Program-made: the position numbers and the translations under genes
Assembly (NCBI GenBank): GCA_016748015.1
Contig: JAAOMT010000703.1
Location: 1,176,255-1,240,254 of the forward strand
Source: Geosiphon pyriformis uo1
Taxonomy: Eukaryota; Fungi; Glomeromycota
Reading direction: 5' to 3'
Length of the DNA: 64,000 nucleotides
Shown here: in pieces, positions 54,930-64,000 of the stretch
Position numbering within the stretch: the stretch's first letter is position 1
Layout of the letters: the number at the start of each line of letters is the position of its first letter
Notes under the pieces: model-generated
What the model saw: the letters and a program-made list of their open reading frames with translations, nothing else
What the model was told of the DNA's origin: nothing
Database searches by the model: none

Positions 54930-55520
54930 CAACCTTCCATTTGAATTTAACACTGCTTCAATCCTCCTGGCATTGAGGCATAACTTTTTCGAGAACAGAT
55001 GTATTAAATTTCTCCAATTCCTCTTTTAAAACAATTTTAAGTTAGGCCAAATACTTCTAAAAGCATCATGTTTTTGGATATTATCCTTGAACAGCTTTCA
55101 AATATTCTCGATTTGATTCAGGTCTGGCGAATTCGTTGTCTAGTTGATTGACGTAATTTTATTTTTCCATTTATCATTTCCCGGAGTATAGATCGGTTTG
55201 TTATCTTTTAATTACGTTCTGAAATGGAAACAAGTTAGCTTTTAAAATTTCAAATAAAGTATTTGTTTTTTGTTTTTTCCTCATTTTTTTTGAATTAATC
55301 ACAAAATAATATTAATATTCCTTTTAATACTCTCGCGAAACACCCCCAACCCATTATAGATTTTCGTCCACTTTTGAAACTAGAGACTAAGCTATTAGTA
55401 TTAAATTTTTTTTCCAGCGTGCTACTAAACTCTTGGGTATCATGATTGCCTCCCAATTTCCATACTCGTCTCATCAGAAAAGATAACTTTTGCCCAATTG
55501 TAAGCGGTTTTATTTTTATT
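54930..55520 (-). mobile_element. Tc1/mariner transposase relic
   Basis: RRVW..SFKSGRKSIMGWGCF..KDNKPIY..NSPDLNQIENI*KLFK..SMPRRIEAVLNSNG (SPDLNPIE and SMPRR motifs); no TIRs identified. Confidence 0.85.
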
Positions 55521-56275
55521 TTCCTCTTGCTGCAATCAGTGATATCTTGATTTTTCAAAAGGGGTTACACATGCAAATCGGGTAGTTAACTTTTGGGATA
55601 CATGTAAATGTATTTAGAATTGGGCAGGATAAATTGCAATTAAGATTTTCCGTGATTACATCCCACACTAATTTTTCTTTAAATGCAAGCAGAATATTGC
55701 AAAACATCTGGATTAGATAAAAAAAAAACTTTTTGTCAATTATAGTACATGTGACCAAAAATGGTTGTCTTTTGATTTTTGAATCGAGGGAAGGATTAAA
55801 GAAATGTTACAAGACAAAGATTGATACAATAAAAATAAAACAAATTTCACAATTCTACACCCAAAAGGAGAAGGTAAAGTATCAACATCGCAAGGTTTAC
55901 ATTATTCGGTCGATGATTTCGAAATTGATCCTGTCTGAGGTTTGATAAATTTGATGATAAAATAAAAAATAAAAAATATTTAGATATTCAAAATATTTTC
56001 CGATAATGCAATTATTTGAAGCACCGATATTTGAAAGTATACCGAGGGCGTACATCTTTGATCCCATATTTATTTTAAAACACAAAAGTCTCACGAATAT
56101 TTTTTTTTTTAGAAAAGATTTTCGTGGGTTTACGAATGACGACTGTTTTTTGTTATTCAAATTCAACCTGGAATCTTTCTAAATATGTCAGAGATAATGA
56201 GAAATTTTTAGTTTTAACCAATTCCATTCTATAATAAAACTATTCAGGAATTGTAATCTGTCCAAGTATAAGAGA

Positions 56276-57278
56276 ATGTATAAATATTCTATTTGTCTTT
56301 GCAAAATTTTACCATCACTTTTTAAAGGGAACCAAGCAGCAGTGACGACCTTGACAACGATTACTACAACAATTCTGTTTGCAAACATCTTTATAACATC
56401 ATCCTATAGCTGTGAAGCTATATCAATTTCATCAAGTTTATCAAATAAAACGCCCTTTAATTCACCATTTATTAATCAATTCAAAAGATTCATAAAGAAA
56501 GACTTGGATTTTCAAGATAATTTAGAATTTGCAAGTGAAGATTTAGACCAGTTTCCCGGGCTTGACTCATCAATTTTTAAATTTCCCCCTAATGAAAAAA
56601 TTAAATATGAAGAAAGTGTACCTGAAGTTATCTTTGATCCCTCTTTACAAGAGTCTGGGAACTCAGAATTTCAAAACAGTGATCAGAACTTATTGAAAGG
56701 ACTTGGAATCAAAGATTTTTTAAATTTTTTTAAAAGCCAATTTTTTAATTCTCGTCCCATTGCTGAAACTAAATACCGAAAAATTGTTCAAGATCGTTCC
56801 ATTTTAAATAAATTTGCAATAAATGCAATATTAGCTAATTTAGTGTTTTGCTCTCCTACAATTAAATTCTCAAGTAATATTCTATCAAATAATGAATCAT
56901 ATTTTCAAAATTTGACTTGATATTTTTCGATAACTCAGGATTCGCAAAAATGGAAGAAACAAATTGATATCAAAAAATTCTTACTTTCTCTCTTCGAGGG
57001 GAGGAAGATGATTTAAAGATATATCTTTTACAAAATATTTATATGGGAGAATATCCAGGAGTTTTGAATGCTCATGTTCATAAAGGATTTTACGAAGAGT
57101 TTGAAGAGGCTAAATTAAATTTTTTGAAATTTTTCAAAGAGACGATCAAAAAGGAGAAGAAAATTGATGAAATTGTTATTGTTGGTTATAGTTTGGGTGG
57201 TGGTACTTGTTTAATCTTTTGAACTTTTATTTTCGAATTTTATAGTGACTTGATTTAAATTCTCTCTCTAATCTCGCA

Positions 57279-57319
<41 letters not shown>

Positions 57320-57842
57320 CATTATTTATTTATTTATTTATTTCTAAAACCAATTTTATTAGTCTATGCAGTCTTGGCCGGTCTCTTTTTGAAAGAAAAG
57401 TTCCCTCATATATTTTCCAAAACTCCCCTAACGATCTTTACATATGGGCAATCAAGAATAGGTGACTCCAACCTGGCAAATTTTATCTCTAAAAACCTTC
57501 TTATTTATCGTGTAACAAACACCGATGATTTGGTACCTCAATTATTGGGAATCGGGGGAGAAAATGCGGATGGCCAAATATTGTATACACATCACGATAC
57601 TGAGTATTGGATTGCCCCGGGCTCGAATATCGTGTTTAAGTGTTTTCCAAAAGGATCAGATCCTGAGTCAAAGGTTAGCTTCAAAAAAAAAAAAAAATTT
57701 AGTAAAAATTTTTTCTTATATTGAACGTTATATCAAATTTCTTTAGGAATGCGTTAACTCTCGATTTTCACGAAAAATTCAAAAATCGCATAAGGGACCT
57801 TATTTTGGTGTGATGATGGAAAATTGTAATAGTTCCAGATAA
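56276..57842 (+). CDS. class-3 triacylglycerol lipase (GYSLG), 4 exons; in-frame TGA at 56965-56967 suggests a pseudogene or alternative acceptor
   Basis: SLRGE, VHKGF, IVGYSLGG, FTYGQSRIGD, RVTNTDDLVPQL, YTHHDTEYWI, HKGPYF: a complete Ser-Asp-His triad. Confidence 0.8.
57278..57342. repeat. (ATT)n/(ATTT)n microsatellite in a lipase intron
   Basis: Directly visible. Confidence 0.9.
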
Positions 57843-58422
57843 AATATATTTTTTTGGGGTTATAGAATTAAATGATGGCTCTCTCATTTGTCATTTGAAA
57901 TAAGGTTAATTACGTATTTTATTTCTTTTAAAGACTTTTGTGACTTTCAAGAAAATGGAAATATTGCAAGATAATATTGATGCTGAGAAAATGTATATTC
58001 AATAATCAAAAACTTTTTTATGATACATTGATTTTTTTTCTATAGAATCGATCCTCAAATCGGAGAAATTAAAAGATTAGTATTTTTATCTAAAATGACA
58101 AAAGGACAATGGGAAAGATTTTCTGCATTTCTGTGTACATGTAGATACATTGTATTTAAAGTTTGAAATCATAATAACCTTTGCAATAAAACCTTTTTTG
58201 ATAATCACACTTTTTAAGTTTGAAATAGAGAAACATCATAAATATGAGCTATGCGTTTTTAAAATACTTGTATTACTTTCTAATATATACTATACATAAA
58301 AAGCTTTTTAAAAAAAAGAAGTGTTTTTTTCCAAACTTTAAAGTAAAGATATTATTAATAAAAATCATAAAAAATTTTTATTGACATTCTAACCATAATT
58401 GTTGTAAATTTTATTCGCACTC

Positions 58423-59700
58423 ATGGAAAACCTTGAAATGAAAAAGAACTCGGTTAGAAGCTCATGATTGCAATGAGTGTGAAAATATTGTCAGTCGAGT
58501 ATAAAACTTAAAGCCAGGAATAATTGCAAATCATACCAATTCTATTTTTTTGGAAGAATTTTTTAAATCTTTTTCATGTGACAATAAAGTAGTCGAGGAA
58601 ATAATTAAGAATTCATTATATGTATGACATTTTTATGACTGGATATATATTATTCTGAATGGATTTCATGAAAGTATTTAAGGAATATTTAAAAGATTGG
58701 TGAGGGAGGGTTCGACAATATTCATAAGGCAACAACATGAATTGACGGGAGAATTGATTTAAGCAGAATAAAAGATTATGATGAAATGGAATATGAAAGA
58801 GATAAAGATACAAAAGAGATGGAAGTTACAATAAAATTTATGAATTTATCACACACCATCACAGTGATGAACTATTTAAAGAGGTGTGATCAAATATTTT
58901 ATTTGAATCCAATTATTTTTAAATTTAAATCAAATAATAAATAATATAAATAACTATTTAACTGAATTTATTTTATTTTTCCAATTAAATTCTTAGATAC
59001 ATATTCAAAGAGCTATTCTTATAAATAAAGATGTATATAGATTTTCGTTCATCTCTTCAATATACGGGAATTACGTAAAACCCTGAAACACTCGAGTATA
59101 GGATTGTAATAGAATTTGCCAAACATGTAGATATGCGTGAATTTTTATTTCTAATTTTTTATTTCTAATTTTTGATCTCATAGATTGGCAATAGCAAGGG
59201 GAATTACTTTGGGACTTAATCCAATTCATTCTGCTGGTATGTTTTATTGTGACCTACACTCGGGCAACATCTTAGAATATTATTGGAATGATGTAAAAAT
59301 TAGTGACCTCGGATTGAGTCAATTTGAAATAGAAAATGATGAAACAAAAGGTATATTTGAAGTGATTCCATATATTACACCAGAAATTTTAAGAAGAGAA
59401 AAGTTTACAACGGCTAGTTAATATTTATAGTTTCGACATGTTATCATGGGAATTAGCAACCGGAAAACTTCCATTTCATGATCGTTCTCATGATTACCTT
59501 CTCGTGATTGCTATCTTGGATGGTAAAAGACCTGAAATTACTATTCCTCATAATTCATCTTAAATTGCTGAGCTCATTAAAAAGTTTTTGGATGCCAATC
59601 CATCGAATCGTCTTACTGGAGAAAAATTTAGGGATAGGTTGTTGCAACTTATGAAATTGTTAAGTTAAAGAATAAATCTCCAAATGAGAATTCTGAAATA
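58423..59700 (+). pseudogene. tyrosine-kinase-like protein kinase pseudogene
   Basis: KIGEGGF, NPETLEYRIVIEFA, IHSAGMFYCDLHSGNIL, ISDLGLS, IPYITPEILR, WELATGKLPFHDRSHD, GKRPEI; stops and frameshifts. Confidence 0.92.
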
Positions 59701-60251
59701 TTGGAGTTTTTAAAATTAGAAAAATATGTAGAAGAAATGCCAAAAAAGGATGATAAAACAAATTGTTCTAAGGTTAGTCAATTTATTTAGAATCATCTTT
59801 ATAGATTAAATTAATTAATCATTAAACATTTTATTATACTTTTAAATATGAAATTTTTGACAAAAATATTAATTGGAAGGTTTTTATAAAATTTTCTTAA
59901 TAAATAATAAATATTAAGTTTTTACAAATAATCTAATAAGATACTTGAAAATCAAAGTTCGTTTCATGTATTTATAATATTTTTAAAATTTTTTTTTACA
60001 TTTAAATCAATTAAATTATTAAGCTGTAATTATTATTTTTGATTAAAAAATAGTAATCATGTTTTTGATAAATTTATTGAAACAAATTTAAAACTTGAAA
60101 TTTTTATTAAAATTATCATTATTTTTGTTTACAAGTTGAAAATGGCAAAAATTATATTTGGGAAAATAATTTATCAAGTAATTTGAAATTAAATAATATA
60201 GCTCATTAATTGAAACGAAAAATACATTTAAAAAATTCTTTAGTATAATTA

Positions 60252-60256
<5 letters not shown>

Positions 60257-60291
<35 letters not shown>
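60257..60291. repeat. (TA)n microsatellite
   Basis: Directly visible. Confidence 0.95.
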
Positions 60292-60294
<3 letters not shown>

Positions 60295-60332
60295 GAATTA
60301 AAAATATAAACTAATTGTATGTTTCAAGTTTT

Positions 60333-61791
60333 TCAGCATTTGCCAAAATCAATGCCAAAATAAGATCTCTGATTTAATTCTTTAATATTATCATCATCAA
60401 CTGTTCCTAAATTGCATTCCTAAAAAATATTTATCATAATAATTATATTTAAATAAAATAAAATATAATTAATAAATTAATAACATTCAGAAAATTTACC
60501 ACATTTTCATCAATCTGTCCTCGAGGGCCTCTTCCAAGACATCTATAAAGAGTTTCTCTTTTTGGAATTATAATACATCCACAATCATCTTTTGCATATC
60601 CCACCCAATACTCGCTTTCATAGTGCAAAAACCAACCCTTTGGCGAGAAATCACGAGAAACCCAATCATTCTGTTGAGTGACCCGGACGATTTTTTTTTT
60701 TTGAAATGATGCATTAACTAATCTTACAAGGTCCAAATTTCCGAATCGAGGAGTGCCAAATGTGTAAATGCCTATAATTATGGGTTTAAACCTACGATAT
60801 GATGGAAAACATTCGACAAGCCCTACATGCTTAAAATACAAAGCAGCTAAGACCGCATATACTTTGAAAAGAAATATTTCAGTAAAAATAAAATAATTTT
60901 GAATTGAATGATTTTAAAGAGAAAAAAAGTTACCCCCGCCAATTCCATGTCCAACAAAGTCAATAGACTCAGGTTGGTTTGTCAATTTTTTTAGCTTTCC
61001 ATTTAATAAAGGGATCATTAGTTGAACATGCTTTAACCAGATCGAATCGACCATACTATTCAGAGGTTGACGAGTGACTATATTTGTTGAACTGACATTA
61101 AATGGTCGGTTTATCCATTGCTCTTTGCTGAGTTTTGCCCCTCGAAAATAAACAACTAATTCCTTTTTTTTTATTGATTCTTCCCAAATGTCAGCTATGA
61201 AATAGGTTTTGATATAAAAGAACAATCATCTTCACTATAAAACTTGCGCTCATTATAATTCAAGAACATAATACTAAGGGTTTACCGACGATGTCTTGGT
61301 CTTTCACAGCTTTTCCAATTTCATTTTGGTTATCACAATAACCGTAATTTGCAATTTCAGCCCTGCGTCTCAGATTATTTTTAAAGGATATATCAGCAAT
61401 CTCAACCATGCGTGACCCGAATTCATGATTAATGCGCTTGACATTATCTGATGTTTCTTTCAACTTTTTATTTTTGCCTTGTTCTGCTGTCAATAAATTG
61501 ATATATTTGATCTTTTCAAGAGTTTTAGAGGATAAAAAATTTCCTTAAAGGCAAAGATTTTATATTTAAATAAAAAATTTTTCTTATACGCTTAATTCTG
61601 GTGAAATTTTGAAACAGAAGAATATTCTTTGTATCTATAATACCTTGGTTTGAACTTTTTTCCAATTCTCCATTGAAATTTAATTGAAGTTTCAGCAAAT
61701 CCGACAAAGATTTGCTGTAAAAATTCAAATTGATTTGTACGATTATGAAAACAAAAAAAAAGTAAAAGAAAAATTTTTTTATTCTCGACAT
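60333..61791 (-). CDS. lipase-3-fold pseudoenzyme C (Ser->Gly, His->Asn), 5 exons
   Basis: Phe-rich N-terminal anchor; ANYGYC; FVGHGIGGVYA; TFGTPRFGN; RVTQQNDWVSR; FLHYESEYWV; last exon ECNLGTVD..LNQRSYFG; all splice phases consistent. Confidence 0.85.
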
Positions 61792-62495
61792 TTTTATTGA
61801 AAAAAAAGAATTGGTGGTGTATTTATAGGATTTATAGGTACTGTATCTGGATAATGGGGAAAGATAGAGTGTGATTTACAGTTCATTCCATTTTGTAAAT
61901 AAAACTGATGATTTTATCAAAAGATTAAACATTGAAAATCTTTGTTCATCATAATAGGTACATGGATAAAGAATAAAAATGTGTTTTATCAGTTGTATAT
62001 ATTTTTTTTAACGGATCGATCATAGAACCCAGTTTATATTTTGATTAATAATAAAAATATTGAATTAAAACTGTTTCAATTTCAATTTAACACCTGAGAG
62101 TGTTAAAAGTTTTGATTTCATTGAGTAAATAGGATACTTTTGTTGTTTCATTTTAAAAGTATTTATATTTAGAGAACATTTATTAATATTTTATTTTTTA
62201 TTATGTTATATTTTATATATAATAAAATTTTTTATTTATTTTATTAAAAAATATTGTATATCAATCAATAAAAAAAATTTTTTTTTTAATTTTGTTTAAT
62301 AAACAGAATTATTTGATTAAAATTACTTTTGAAAATTTTTTTTTAAAATAAAACATAAAAATGTGTATTATTTTCAAGTTATCAAATTTTAATAATAATT
62401 AAAGATTTTAAAAAATGCAAATTATTTTTAAATATAAATGATAAAAAAAATTTAATTCTTGTTTAAAAATAGAATTTTTTGAAGATTTTTGTTTA

Positions 62496-62601
62496 TAAAT
62501 AATAAATGATGTATATGATGTAAATGATGTAAATGATTTAAATGATGTACATAGTTTAAATAATAAATGATATAAATGATGTAAATAGTATAAATAATGT
62601 A
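62496..62601. repeat. 9-bp AAATGATGT tandem repeat, degenerate
   Basis: Directly visible. Confidence 0.8.
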
Positions 62602-64000
62602 TTATATCTAGGAAAAGCTAAATAATTAGTTAATTCTGCTTTGGGGAGGGAGGGAGAGGGGGGTTCCATTAGTTCTATTATCGATGAGGCTACACTAATA
62701 ATAGCATAAAAGCAAAACATAGACAACGTTGGGACTGGTTGATTGAAACATATTGATTATAATATATATTTATGTTATGATACTTGCTTTATATAATTCA
62801 AAGACAATGCTTTAACATATTATAATTTTTCTATTGTCTAACATTTTTAGTATAAACCCGGTACTGTGTTTAAAAGAATAAATTGAAAGCAATAGTTATA
62901 AAAAGAATTCTTCGAAAAAGAATATTGTAGGCTATAGTAAGAAACCAAGGAATTCTAAAAAAGTGTAAATAGTACTAATAAAAGGTACATTTGATTATCG
63001 GCATTTCATTCTAAACGAATGAGGAATTTCAATTTTTTTCAAGTATATATTTAACTTAACATTTTTATCTTCTGACTCTGAAGTGGTTAAAAAAGAAGTG
63101 AAATAGATATGTTTCTTTTAAAAAAATATAATACTTTTATCTAATTGGTCTTAAATATTTTTTATATTATTCATCCTTTAAGAATTATATTAAGCAATCT
63201 ATGAATTTTTGCTGACTAAGCCACATGACCTTAGTTCATATCATCCCCTTTTTTAGTAAAATAATCTCCGAATATTATTTTTCAGCTTTGTAAGACAAAC
63301 ATTTCAAAAAGTAACAATATTTTATCCTTGTTGGGTCAATTTAATAACTTCATCTGAAAAAATTAGCCCCCATTAAATGTTATTGAAGAAATTGATAACA
63401 AAAAAATTCCATAGAGAACTTATAAGAGGTAAACGAGGGTAAATCGTTAAACCCATTTTAATGGATATTAAAGAATGTTAACTTTTTAAGGACTTTAAAA
63501 GAATTTGAATGACTTTTTCTTTCATTTCCAATTTTAAAAATGAGAAATATTCAAATTTTGGCAAAAAATTCTCTGATCTAATAAAAATACTGTAAAATTT
63601 CAAATTTTTGTAATTTAGTATTTTTTTTTTTAAAAATTAAGAAAAAAGTAAAAAGAAAACTTCGTATGGTAAAAGATTAATAAAAGAAAATTTTTTTATT
63701 TTTTCTTCAATTTTTAATCTTTCAAAAAAAAAGTTGTAAAATGGGCTATAAAAAAATAATATGGAAATGTTTCTTCATCATCAAATTATAGAAGAAACTA
63801 GATTTAAAAAATTCAAATTTTGAGATTGTATCTGATCTATATAAGAATAATTCGGGTATTCACAATTATAATCATAATTATTATAAAAGGAATGAATATC
63901 TATTATATCGTACTGATTATAAATTATTATTGGAGGTTTTTCAACTGAGGTGGTCAAGTTTTTCCCTTTTTCTTCTATTGATTCGATATTCGGGAAAATT

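Overview
AT-rich eukaryotic (fungal) DNA with GT-AG introns. The gene families (MATA-HMG paralogs, a TKL kinase relic, SEL1 repeats, an F-box/LRR gene, class-3 lipases) and the CpG-depleted transposons point to an arbuscular-mycorrhizal-type fungus (Glomeromycotina, possibly Geosiphon-like); this assignment is inference. Bases 1-17 kb are a nested transposon island. It holds a Ty3/gypsy 5' half with LTR and PBS, a hypermutated integrase relic, a probable solo LTR, an ORF1-only poly(A) retroelement and a 5'-truncated RNase-H LINE that shares its 3' tail. Bases 17-37 kb hold housekeeping genes (ATX1, QCR10, a TIP30/Fmp52-like SDR, an F-box gene, a MATA-HMG gene) plus a patch of pseudogene fragments. 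Bases 39-62 kb are a cluster of five class-3 lipase-fold genes interleaved with MATA-HMG copies. The strongest signal is that three of the five have open, spliceable reading frames yet all carry catalytic Ser->Gly and His->Asn, which makes them a conserved pseudo-lipase subfamily, while the most canonical-looking lipase carries an in-frame stop. Gene models were spliced by hand and no database search was run.
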